A stretch of DNA of 64,000 nucleotides from Hyaloraphidium curvatum SAG 235-1. Its lineage: Eukaryota; Fungi; Monoblepharomycota. The translations under genes and the position numbers were made by a program. Positions 1 through 10,451 of this stretch are shown piece by piece; within the stretch, counting starts at the first letter, position 1, and every line of letters begins with the position of its first letter. The stretch covers positions 372,001 through 436,000 of the forward strand of contig JAIVFI010000005.1 in the NCBI GenBank assembly GCA_025558095.1. Direction: 5' to 3'. The notes beneath the pieces were generated by a model. It was given only the letters and a program-made list of their open reading frames with translations, was not told the DNA's origin and made no database searches.

Positions 1-979
1 AGCTTGTGGTTCTTGATGAACAAATCCATGTCTTCGTATTCCTTGCGCGAACCAAGCACGGATCCGCGGAGCTGCAGCTCTTTCAGCCATAACCACGGCA
101 TGGTGACTGTTGTCTCGGCGCCGGCGACAGCTCCGTACACAACAATCTTGGCTCCTTCGCGGCAGAGGCGCATAAACGCCTTGGTGTTCGGGCCGGAGGA
201 ACCGTCGATCACGGCGTCGAAGCCTCCGCCCTTCGGGAGCTGCCTCTCGAGCTCCTCGACCCACGATGCTGAGTAGAGACAATCAGCACCAGCTGTTCCC
301 GCTTTGTCTGGCCCCATTCGATCGCACCGTTCCGGTAGTTCACGCCTCCCTTGGCGCCCAGCTCCTTTGCCCTGGCCAGCTTCTCCTCGCTGCCCGACGT
401 CACCCACACCTCCGCCCCCATCGCGTCCAGGAATTGCATCGCGAAAACCGCCACCCCGCCCCCGATCCCCGGCACCAGCACCCTCTTCCCCTTGGCGTCC
501 GGCGCGCCGATCTCGGCCAGCACGATCGCGTGCCACGCCGTCAAGCCCGCGAGCGGCACCGCCGACGCCTGCTCGAACGAGAGGTGATCCGGCATGGGAA
601 ACGGGATGTCCTCGTGCACGCAAATGTACTCTGTCAGCGTCCCGTTCCCGTGCGCGCCGAAACCGTCCACCGTCAGGCCCCAGCGCGGCGCCACGCTGGG
701 ATTGAAGTAAACGGGTTGGCCGGCTTTGAAACGCGTGCCGCCCTCCACGATCGTGCCCGACGCGTCGGCGCCGAGGATCCAGCCGTCCCGGATGCCGGGG
801 TACAATCCTTCGCGGATGAACATGTCCCGTCGGTTAAGCGCCGACGCGTGGATCCGCACGAGCACGTGGTTCGGGCGCGGGGAGGGCCGGGGGACGGTGG
901 TGACGGGGGCGGGGTCCCATCGCGGTTGGCCCTTCGGGACCGCGGAGCGTTGGAGCACGATGGCTTTCATTGCGTTCAT
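1..979 (-). CDS. Zinc-type alcohol dehydrogenase / NADPH:quinone oxidoreductase (MDR family); 3' end runs off the window
   Basis: VLVRIHASALNRRD, GADASG, PLAGLTAWHA, VLVPGIGGGVA and ELGAKGGVNY motifs; intron near 270-325; start at ATG 979 or 970. Confidence 0.9.
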
Positions 980-1100
980 CTTCTGCCGGGAAGCCCAGCC
1001 GACAGCAGCCCGTACGTTCCCGGTCAAGTCGAGGAGGGAGGGAGAAGTGTTGAGACGCGGCCTGCTCCCAGAACCCGTTCGTCCAGATCCGATCCCGGGA

Positions 1101-1998
1101 ATGGTGGGCTCGTCTGCGCCTCCGTGCTTCGTCGATCTGATGGAAACTCGCAGTCTGTCACGCTCCATACGACGCTGGGCGACATTTCCATCGAGCTGTT
1201 CTGCGAGGCCGTCCCGAAATCCTGCGAGGCAAGCCCACACCTTCCTCCGCCGCAGACGGGCTGCTGACGCCGAGGGCCCAGAATTTCCTCGCGCTCTGCG
1301 CCTCCAACTACTACGATGGCTGCCAGTTCCACAGGTCCGGGGATTCGCTTCCGTTACGCGGTGTGAACGGACCTTGACGGTGCCGGCACAGGAACATCAA
1401 GGGCTTCATTGTCCAGACGGGCGACCCGACGAATACCGGAAAGGGCGGGACTTCGATATGGGGTCGGAAGTACGAGGACGAGATCAAATCGACGCTGAAG
1501 GTTCGGGGCGCTGCGGGCGCAACGGTTCTCTGTGACGGACCTTGACCGGCTGTTTCGCGCAGCACAACGCTCGGGGAATCGTTTCGATGGCAAGCTCGGG
1601 CCCGGATACGAACGCTAGCCAGTTCTTTATTGTGTGTTGTCACCTCGCTGGCTCGCCACGCTCTGGGCTAACATGTCGTCGATTCAGAGCGTTGGTGATA
1701 GCGTTGTCTCGCGACCGCCGATCAACTAATCCACATCCTCCAATCGACGCTCGTGTTTAGTATGCCAAGCTGCCTCAGCTGGACGGCAAGTACACGGTCT
1801 TTGGCAAGGTGATTGACGGCTTCGACACTCTGGACTCTCTCGAGAAGCTCCCTGTCGACGACAAATACCGCCCTCTTTCTTCCGACGTGCGGATACGGAG
1901 CATCACCATACATGCGAATCCGAGTGGGTGCTGAATCCGCGCGGATTCTCGAGAAACGCCTGACTCCTTGCCCGCAGTTGCCGACCTACAAAGCTGAC
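1101..1998 (+). CDS. PPIL3: Cyclophilin-type peptidyl-prolyl isomerase PPIL3/Cyp10 (multi-exon)
   Basis: Spliced [68 protein letters not shown]...[26 protein letters not shown]...TIHANP; GC-AG intron 1229-1281; 3-nt exon 1688-1690. Confidence 0.93.
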
Positions 1999-2097
1999 AC
2001 GGCTCCCAATCATCCGCTTTGCTCTAGCACGGTTCAGTAGAGGTGTCCGACAGCTAACGCGCACTTCCACTCGCAACGAGGAGTCCCACGACCCGCA

Positions 2098-3021
2098 CTA
2101 AGGTATGGGATACGGAGGTGGATTCCCCAGCTGCGAATAGTCGTCCCGCGCAGTCCACGAGCTGACGGTCACTAGGCCAGCCTTGTACATCACGTGGGCG
2201 CCTGCAGCCGTCGCATTTGCCGCCCCGGAGTGGGTCTTGCTATGAAAGGCCGTGTAATTGAGATAGCTCTCGAGCATGCGGAGATCGGGAAACGGCACAA
2301 AGCCCGCCAGCGAAAACCATGGTCCGAGCGTCACGCCCTGCGGTCTCGTCGCGTATCCCAGGATGTTCCAGCCCTTATATCCAGGGACCATCGGGATCGA
2401 TTCCTTCGAGAGGCGTCGGAACTGTGCGAGCACCTGGGCGGCACGGGGGACGGCAGAAGGCCGGAGAGAGTACTGTATGAGGTGCGTCCAGGGCAGTGCG
2501 CCCGTCGAGGCGCCGTGGGCAGTGGTCGCGGCCTCAGTGCCGGGGGGCATTGGCACGCCAGACCAGGCCTGTCCCGAGACGGCGCGTATGGCACGTCTGA
2601 AGGCTTGCGACGCTGGTAGCGCCTTCCAGTAGCTCAGGGCTTCCGTCCGGGAGGAGAAGAAGGAGAAACCGCCACAATCGGTGGGATACGGGCGCCGGTA
2701 GACTGTGGTAACGTTTCTCCAGTTGAATCCGCACGAGTGGAATCGCGGGGACGGTTTCGCGGTGCCAAGGGCCGCACACAAGGCGCTACATGAAGCTGCC
2801 TTTCGAGGAGGCGGTCCAGAGACATTGAACGAGAACACTTGCAGGTGACGGTGCTCAAGCTTCGAGGTGCTCGAGGCAACAGCGGATGCCGCCGGGCCTC
2901 CGACATTCAAAAACGAAAGCAGAAAGAAGAGAAAAAGAGGCAATCTGGCAGATCGCAGCGCATTCAGCGGCCTCTCCATAGAGAAGGTCGGGAACGCACC
3001 CCAAACCCAGGCATCACTCAA
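2098..3021 (-). CDS. Secreted hypothetical protein, possibly tandem dimeric alpha/beta-barrel (Dabb/ABM-like) domains
   Basis: Intronless ORF; hydrophobic signal LPLFLFFLLSFL; two units HRHLQVFSF...F.SR.EALSY and WTHLIQYSL...FPDLRMLESY...H; likely start about 2979. Confidence 0.55.
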   Translation of the reverse strand: MSDAWVWGAFPTFSMERPLNALRSARLPLFLFFLLSFLNVGGPAASAVASSTSKLEHRHLQVFSFNVSGPPPRKAASCSALCAALGTAKPSPRFHSCGFNWRNVTTVYRRPYPTDCGGFSFFSSRTEALSYWKALPASQAFRRAIRAVSGQAWSGVPMPPGTEAATTAHGASTGALPWTHLIQYSLRPSAVPRAAQVLAQFRRLSKESIPMVPGYKGWNILGYATRPQGVTLGPWFSLAGFVPFPDLRMLESYLNYTAFHSKTHSGAANATAAGAHVMYKAGLVTVSSWTARDDYSQLGNPPPYPIP

Positions 3022-3175
3022 ACACGCCGCCGCATCTCACGGGAGAGGAGAGTCAATGAATTTGCGGCCGTCATAAAGGAGCATACACAATCGTTGGCCC
3101 GTCTCCGCCGAGTTCGCCAACGGGACCCTGTCGAGGCTCGCAGGGACGGAGGTCACCAGCGGTCGGCCGTTCACC

Positions 3176-5188
3176 ATGGGGCCGCCGGGACTCCCGCAGC
3201 TCCCGCAGCTGATCCTCAACGATAATTTTGAGGACCCTCTTTCGGCCAGCCAGACGGGCGGGGTCTACGAGGTCGGACAGTACCGCGTGGGGGAAATGCT
3301 GGGCGCCGGAACCTTTGGCGTGGTCCGAAAAGCGGTCCATCTTCCCACGGGAAAGGAGGTTGCCGCGAAGATTCTTTTCCTGCCGACCATCGGCCGCGAG
3401 CGACGGCTCCAGCTCATATTGGAGGAGGTGGCCGTGCTCAAAATCAACCGGCATCCAAACATCATACGCCTTTTGGACGCTTTCGAGGGGGAGGACCAGA
3501 AGTATTACCTGGTGTTCGAGCTCTGTACTGGCGGGGAGCTCTACGACCGGATCGTCGAGGCACAGCGCTTCACGGAACGGACAGCCGGCGTTCTCTTGGC
3601 CACCATCATTGCCGCTGTAGCTTTCCTTCACGAACCGCCGCATCAGATCATCCACCGGGATCTGAAGCTGGAGAACATCCTGTTCAAAAGCGAGGCTCCC
3701 AATTCGCCTCTCGTGATCGTGGATTTCGGGGTGGCGCTGATGCTCGAGGACGCCGACGAGACGTCGTCCGAAATCGTGGGCAGCAGACCGAACATGGCGC
3801 CGGAGCTGATCCAGGGCAAGGAGTACGGGGCCGAGGTGGACGTCTACGCGCTCGGCGTCATCGCCTACACGCTACTTTCGGGGTGTCATCCCTTCCAGGA
3901 GGAGATGGAAGATCCCGACCCGCGCGTTTTGAACGCGGCCATCATCAACGGCAGGTTCTCTTTCGAGGACAAGGACTGGTCCCATGTTTCCGAGGAGGCA
4001 AAGGAGTTTGTCGCGTCCCTCATGAGCTTGAATCCCGCGGACCGGCCCACTGCGGCGCAGGCCCTGGCCAGCCCGTGGCTCCGCAGGTGCTGCCCGCCGG
4101 GTTATCTCGAGTTCCTCGAGCTCGTCAACTCGGAGATGCTGGCGAGGCAGTTCATCGCCCTGGGTCAGAAGCCGCCCGAGCACCTGCTCTCGCTACAGGA
4201 CGTGAAGCGGCGCCGGGACTCTCTGCCCATCTGGAACCTGACCGCTAAGCGGCGTAGGACGACGCTGCGCCCTCACGGGCACGTGGCACGGGTGCGGACC
4301 TCACCCATCGGCGAGCCCAACACCCCAATCGCGCTCACGTTCGCTGCGGGCATCCCTGCAGAACCCGCTGCGGGGTCGCCGGCTAAGCTGGAGCCTGCTG
4401 TGCTTCCGGGGGCGGAGGCGCTCACCCTGAGCCCATCGGCGGAATCCGTGCTGCAGTTTCCGAGCCCTGTGGGGTCTCCCGTGGAGGAGGCGTCGGCCCT
4501 GCCGCCCGCGGCACCCTCGGCGCCGGCTGCTCGCGAAACAGAGGCGGCCGTAGCACCTGCCCACGACGACGAGGAAGAAGAGCTCGTCTCTGGCGCCTTC
4601 AAGGAGGTCCCAATCCTCCAGATTGCGGACCTGGAGGTCACCGTCTCGCCGCCTCTGTCGCCCCTGCTTGAGCAATCGCTAAGCAGCACGACTATCACCT
4701 CGGGCTCGCTGTCGCCCACGCTTTCTTTCGCTTCCTTTGCCCTGGATTCGCCGCCCATGGTGTCGGTAGCGCCGAGCCGGCCGCTCTCGCGCGACGCGTC
4801 CCAGAGCAAAAACCTGTCCCCGGTTGATCTGCTGCGCACCTGGCCGGCCAAGCACAACCGCCAGGGATCGGACGACGCTTTCAAAAAGGGCCTGACCCTC
4901 GGTGCTCCCGGGTCGCCGCCGGTGCAGATCGACCCGGCGATCCTCGAGATCGGCTCGGTAGTGTCACCTCCGCCCGATGCCGTGATGGAGGACGCGGACG
5001 AGAGCCCCGAGGACCGCGCGCGGTTCGAGCAATGGATGGCAAGCATGAGGAGGGTGCGGGACGCCACGTTGAGGCGCAAGACGGCGGGGGCCGGCTCGTC
5101 GCCAAGCTCGCCGATGATGAGGCGCCCGGAGCTCTGGGGTAGATCGGCAACGAGTTCGTCGCAAGGTTCGACCGTGCCGGACTCTTAG
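3176..5188 (+). CDS. CAMK-family Ser/Thr protein kinase with long low-complexity C-terminal tail; intronless
   Basis: GAGTFG, AAK, HPNII, GGELYDRI, HRDLKLEN, DFG, APE, DVYALGVI. Confidence 0.92.
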   Translation: MGPPGLPQLPQLILNDNFEDPLSASQTGGVYEVGQYRVGEMLGAGTFGVVRKAVHLPTGKEVAAKILFLPTIGRERRLQLILEEVAVLKINRHPNIIRLLDAFEGEDQKYYLVFELCTGGELYDRIVEAQRFTERTAGVLLATIIAAVAFLHEPPHQIIHRDLKLENILFKSEAPNSPLVIVDFGVALMLEDADETSSEIVGSRPNMAPELIQGKEYGAEVDVYALGVIAYTLLSGCHPFQEEMEDPDPRVLNAAIINGRFSFEDKDWSHVSEEAKEFVASLMSLNPADRPTAAQALASPWLRRCCPPGYLEFLELVNSEMLARQFIALGQKPPEHLLSLQDVKRRRDSLPIWNLTAKRRRTTLRPHGHVARVRTSPIGEPNTPIALTFAAGIPAEPAAGSPAKLEPAVLPGAEALTLSPSAESVLQFPSPVGSPVEEASALPPAAPSAPAARETEAAVAPAHDDEEEELVSGAFKEVPILQIADLEVTVSPPLSPLLEQSLSSTTITSGSLSPTLSFASFALDSPPMVSVAPSRPLSRDASQSKNLSPVDLLRTWPAKHNRQGSDDAFKKGLTLGAPGSPPVQIDPAILEIGSVVSPPPDAVMEDADESPEDRARFEQWMASMRRVRDATLRRKTAGAGSSPSSPMMRRPELWGRSATSSSQGSTVPDS

Positions 5189-5367
5189 ATTCTATCACTA
5201 GCCGCTATTGCACGTAATTCGATTCCCTGACGTCCTCAGCAAGACACGCAGTTGCGTGAAGGACCCCTTTCCGCAGCCTGCTAAAAAAACGGCGGGCTGG
5301 GGGATCGTCCAACTCTTCCTCCCGATTCCGCCCTCCCCCTTCATCAGACGTCAGGCTTTCCGCCACG

Positions 5368-6423
5368 ATGGCCGACACCGCCGTTACCGGTGCGTGTACG
5401 CCGCGCGCCCGAGCCGGCGCGTCTCCGCCTCTGCGTCGCACGCACTGACCGCGCGTCTCCTTGCGTCACATGCTGTGCCCCCCCCGGCCATCGTCATCGC
5501 CCCGTGGCCGCACCGCGCTCGGCTACCTCCGCGTGCCTCCTTTGCGGGGACCTGTGGCTCCCATCGGTGTTGTCTTCGCTCCTGAACAGTCGACGACCCG
5601 TACAAGGTCACCGCACCCCCCACCGACTACTCGCAGTACCAGACTCAGAGCGCCCCGCCCGCAACCGACCAAATTACACATGCCGGGCAAAGGTCCTACC
5701 AAAACGCCACTTTGGCTAAGCTCAACTCGCGTTTCGCGTGGGGCATCCACTGGGCCATCGTCGCGTTCCTGTCTCTTTTGGTACGGGTCGACTGGAGAGC
5801 CCGGTGGGACCGGAAGCTGACAGTCCCGCAGGTCTGGTCCATCGGCGCGAGCGCTCCCTTCCGGACCGGCGGCATCGGCTTCGCCATGTTCTGCGGTATC
5901 GTCTACATGTTCATTGCCATCAGTGGGTCCCGGCAAGCTGCAGAATCGCGGACCGCTGGCCAACGCGCCCCGCCAACCCTCAGTCCAGAGCACCAAGTAC
6001 TTCCTCCGCCCCGAGGCGCTCGAGACCAAGATCGACGACGTCTATGACAAGATGATCCCCACCACCGCCCCCAACCAGTGGATCCGCGTCGGCTGGTGGT
6101 CGCTCTGGTGCCTGTTCTGGCTGTCGGCCTGGGCGGCCGTGGCCAACCAGAACGTGTGGTGCGGGTTCGGCTCCATTCCTGGTCGGTTCAGGCGGGTCCG
6201 CTTGGCTTTCGACCTCTTGCTGACTGAGATTGGGCGATTCTAGGCTACGACTCGCAGTGCAGCAAGTCTGGCGCCGTCATCGCCTTCGCCGTCTTTGTTT
6301 GGTTCCACACCCTCTTCAAGGTACTTGGCTGGACGGCTGGCGAGTTCGGCCGCCCTATGCTGATGCCCGGACCCTCCATAGGTCGCTTTCTGTGTGATGG
6401 ACGCCCTCGGCAAGCCCCTGTAA
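5368..6423 (+). CDS. Four-TM membrane protein, MARVEL-like
   Basis: Spliced MADTAVT/VDDPYKV...IHWAIVAFLSLL/VWSIG...FAMFCGIVYMFIAI...WWSLWCLFWLSAWAAVA...CSKSGAVIAFAVFVWF; first intron 5390-5589. Confidence 0.65.
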
Positions 6424-6568
6424 AGCGGCGGCGTGCTCGTGGCGGCCGAGACTCGCAGTATTTCGCGTCTCTTTCGATAGATATGGGGCAGCGGCTGGTT
6501 TCCGTGGCCCGTGCCCGTGTAATTCGGAGGGGGAACACCGTCTATTGTCGCTTCGTTCCTGTGCCTGT

Positions 6569-7832
6569 TCACACCTTGGGCTTGATCCCGCGGTTCTTCC
6601 AGTCCCGGAGCGCGCCCAGCGCGGCGACGGGGTCGGTTTCCCCAACAACTTTCCGCACAGAATCCTCGCGCGCGACACGCATGAAGACGTTCCACCGCCA
6701 CTCGTCCCCTATCGGAGGAATCAGAACGTTGGCCGCCTGTGAGCCATTCCGGGAAGCCACCCACCGATCGTCGACGGGATCGTCTGCTGCTTCGGGTTGG
6801 CCTCGATCTGCGCCAGCCGTTCCGCGATCGCGGCGTTCGAAGGCTCGATCGAGGCACAGAACTGCAGGTTGGACTTGGTATACTCGTGACTGATCCGATC
6901 GAAAAGTCGGGGCAAGACAACAGGCCATCAGGCACGGTCCCAGGGCATTTGGGATAAATTGCCCACCCGCACCAGACCTTGGTGTCATTGGGGAGCGTGC
7001 CAAGGGTTTCGGCGAGGTTCTTGTACATTTCCGGCGGGGTACCCTCGAAGAACTTGCCGCACCCTGCCGTCGTGGACCGTGAGGCCGTGATTTCGCTTCG
7101 CTTTCCAACGTATCGACGAACCTCCGATGAACAGCGTGTCCCCCGTGAACACCGCCCGCTCCCCCGCTGCCTCGTCCACCACGTTGTAGCACACGTGCCC
7201 CGTGGTGTGGCACGGCGTGTGCAGCGCCGTCACCTTGAGCCCGCCGATGGTGAACTGCTGCCCGTGTGTGGTCTTCTCGTTCATGCACGGGATCCGGTCA
7301 TCGGAGCCGTAGATGCGGAGGCCGGGGACGAGCTGGTTGAACTTTTCGTTGCCGCCGGCTGCGGGCGAGAAAGGGAGGAAGGTTCGCGACCGGAAATAGA
7401 GAGGAGGAGGCTACGCATACCGTGGTCAAAGTGGTGGTGGGTGGTCAGGATGTGCGTGATCTTGGGGTTGCCCGCGGCCTCGTTGGCGGCGAGCAGCTTC
7501 TCGGGCTCTACAGGGTCCACGACCGCGGCAGTTTTGGTAGCCTCATCAATGAGGACGTAGCTGTCGAGAGAGACGAGCTTAGTTAATCATACCAGGTGTT
7601 GGCACGGGACGTTAGCCCCCAGGTGCCGGCGACGTGACGGCATGAAAGGGCCTGTGATGTGCCCCGAGCTACAATGCGAGCAAGGAGCAACACATCTCAC
7701 GGCCCGCAGAGCGAAGTGCCTTAAAGCAGCTGGTTCCGGGCGGCCTCCTGCGTTCAACGAGATTCCAGATGCTTACGCGTAGTTGTCCTCGAGGCAGGGC
7801 ACCGGAACGACCTTTCCGCGTGCCACGAGCAT
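6569..7832 (-). CDS. GLO2: Hydroxyacylglutathione hydrolase (glyoxalase II)
   Basis: VPCLEDNYAY, THHHFDH, TPCHTTGH, FTGDTLFIGGCGKFFEG, CGHEYTKSNL, PSTIGDE. Confidence 0.95.
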
Positions 7833-8124
7833 CGCAAAGTCACATTTCAAGGCATGGTACGTCCAAAGAAGATTCAGAAGGGTTAACCAGCTAAGAAGCG
7901 TTGGCCCACCCCACCTTCATTCTGGCGACAGAAGAGTCGTGGAAAGATCGCTCGGCCACGGAAAGACGAAATTGACCACTGATGCGCCAAGTAGAACTGA
8001 TGCTGCGGTTCGGGAAGCCCAGGTAGGACGCTTTCATGCGACGGTGATCGTGCCGCGACGGAGAGGAACGTCTCCCATTCCCTTGCCCTTCGCACAACTT
8101 CTTTGGTCCCATCTCGCCTGAGCC

Positions 8125-8613
8125 ATGACCCGCGTTCGGAACATCGTCAAGATTCGCGCCAAGGCCGGCATGGAGAAGGAGCTGGCGGCGGTCGTCGAGG
8201 AGCTGGCTCGCCAGACCAAGAAGAACGAGCCCGGTGCCCTGATGGCAAGCATCGCGCCTCGGATGAACGATGGACGCCGCTGACCAACTTCTCAGTACGA
8301 TGTTCACCAGAGCCAGTCGGACCCGTGAGTTCTGCGGGCCCGTTGCCGGATCTCGCCAGAACTGTGGACCAACTCGTTCGGTGCTTCACCCTCGTCTTCC
8401 CCGCGTCGCAGCCTGGATTTCTACTTTCTGGAGGAGTTCAAAGACGACGCTGCGATCGAGTTTCACCGGAAGAGCAGCCACTTCCGCACCCTGGGCAAGC
8501 AAATGGGTTCCTATATGGACGGGGCTCCCGTTATGACGCGAGTTACCTTCAGTGGGTTACTTGTGAGGCATTCGGTTGCTCTGCTGACGTCTTTGCATTA
8601 TCCAGAGGCCTAA
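8125..8613 (+). CDS. Antibiotic-biosynthesis-monooxygenase (ABM) domain protein
   Basis: Spliced IVKIRAKAGMEKEL...NEPGALM/YDVHQSQSDP/LDFYFLEEFKDDAAIEFHRKSSHF; GC-AG intron 8245-8295. Confidence 0.85.
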
Positions 8614-8685
8614 ACGGCGATCATGTCCACCGTCGTGTAGTCTCATCAAGTGTTCCATCAATACACTCGTTCAGGAGACAGTGAG

Positions 8686-8868
8686 CTACTCCTTCCGTAG
8701 AACGACCAGGGAAAATATTCCATTGATTGCGTCAAGAACTTGTTCCTGGTGGAGTCGCCGTGCTTTGAGCTGTGGCACCTGGGGCAAGCTACACCGCCAG
8801 ATTGGTTCAGGCCCAGGGCGAGGTCCTCGTGATACCCATGATTGCGGCCTTCGCTTCTTCCACGACAT
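8686..8868 (-). pseudogene. Decayed short-chain dehydrogenase (FOX2/MFE2-like) fragment
   Basis: Joining frames gives AKAAIMGITRT-LALG...LAPGATAQSTAT...QEQVLDAI..IFSLVVL, resembling the SDR segment after YxxxK; several frameshifts and stops. Confidence 0.35.
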
Positions 8869-9071
8869 TTTAGCTCCTCCATCGTGATCTCAAGCTAACG
8901 AGCATCCTATCAGCGAAGCGTCGATCCGCAGCGCACGGAGGATTGGGGGATCGATCGTGCCCTTTCGAACCCGCCGCAGCCAGCCGCAGCGGAGCGGCAA
9001 CCTCTCCCCGAACGCAACGCCCCATTCATTCGTGCTGACGGCGCATCGCGGCTCGGAAGAGCAACATCGCA

Positions 9072-10291
9072 ATGCGGCTGCACGCCCTGAATGGCGCCGC
9101 GGCGCTCTTTGCGCTCGCCTGCGCGGCAGCCGTTCCCGCCGACGCCCACATCTTGATGAAAACTCCCATTGCGCGCGGCAGCCGATACGGCCAGGGGCGC
9201 TTCTGGGGCGAGGGCAGCATCGATTACGACCTTGTTGCGCCTTTGAATCCCGACCTCGGGAAGACGTGGGTCGTCTCATCGTCCCCCCTCGTCAGAGATC
9301 CGATTCTCATTGTTCTTATTGTTCTCCACTGCAAAACGCAGGTACCCCTGCGGCGGCAAGCCCAAGGGCCCCAACACTGCAACTTTGGTTGCCGGCCAGG
9401 ACTTTTACGTCGAATGGGAAGGGAGTGCGACGCACGGCGGCGGGCACTGTCAGCTTTCGGTGTCGTACGACGGCGGCGCAACCTTTGTGGTCCTCGACAC
9501 AATCTTGGGAAATTGCCTCACCGGCGGCATGTCGCGCACCTTCAGGCTTCCCAGCAACCTGCCTGCCGCGAGCTCTGCCATCTTTGCCTGGTCCTGGGTG
9601 AGCTGATCTGATTCCGCCAGTCCAGCGTCGCCCTAACCTCACTCTGGTTCCTCCGTGTCACTCGACGCAGATGAATGCCATAGGTAAGCCAGAGAGCCAG
9701 AGTTTAGAAACCCAAGCTGAAGCTCCCTTCCAATTAGGTAATCGCGAGTACTACATGAACTGCGCGGACGTGCGCATCGTGTCAAACACCTGCGGCCCCT
9801 TCACCGGACCGAGGCTCTTCGTGGCGCAGGTTCAACCGCCCGTGTTCCCGGAATGGGGTTTCGGAGGATACGATTACCGCGATCGTGTGGTGAACGGACG
9901 GCCACCTGTCACGGTTTATGGCGACAACTGCGGTGGGGCGCCTCCACCGGCTCCCCCGCCGCCGCCCCCTCGGCCGCCGAGGACGACCAAGTCGATTTCG
10001 CGCAAGTCGGTCAAGGCAGTGACTCTCAAGCGGAAAACGACGAAGCGGGTGAGCTGAGCATGCGTATCCCGACGATGAATCCGCTGACGGAAGGTGAAGG
10101 GCGCTGCCGTTCCGACCGTCGACCCCGGCGCATGCACCCGCGCCAGGAACGGCAACATGAGGTGCGCCAGCACCAACGCTGCCAGCTACCTGTGGTGCGT
10201 CAACGAGCAGTGGGTCACCATGTCCTGCCCGGCCGGCACGGTGTGCCTCTCCTCCGGCGCGACGATGATCAACTGTGGCTTCCCGCGGTGA
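9072..10291 (+). CDS. Secreted lytic polysaccharide monooxygenase (AA11-like) with Pro/Lys linker and C-terminal Cys-rich CBM19-like module
   Basis: Signal peptide ending ADA followed by His1; YPCGG; ATHGGGHCQLSVSYD; AWSW-MNAIGNREYYMNCADV; C-terminal C..C..C...CPAGTVC...C. Confidence 0.85.
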
Positions 10292-10451
10292 CCCACATGA
10301 CTCAAGCGTGCGTTTTGGAATAATGGGAGTGAGGCTATTCGTCGAAGCTGCATAGACGGCTAGAAGGCGAGGACATATCTGCGTCACCACTGTTACACTC
10401 TGTCGAGATCATGGGCGGGATCCGCATGCATTTGAATACAAGATCGCGCGT

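Noticed and set aside
7561-7776. TPP riboswitch or HDV-like ribozyme in the GLO2 intron
   Set aside because: It lacks the CUGAGA and GAUAAU-type TPP core, and no HDV P1/P1.1 pairing could be built.
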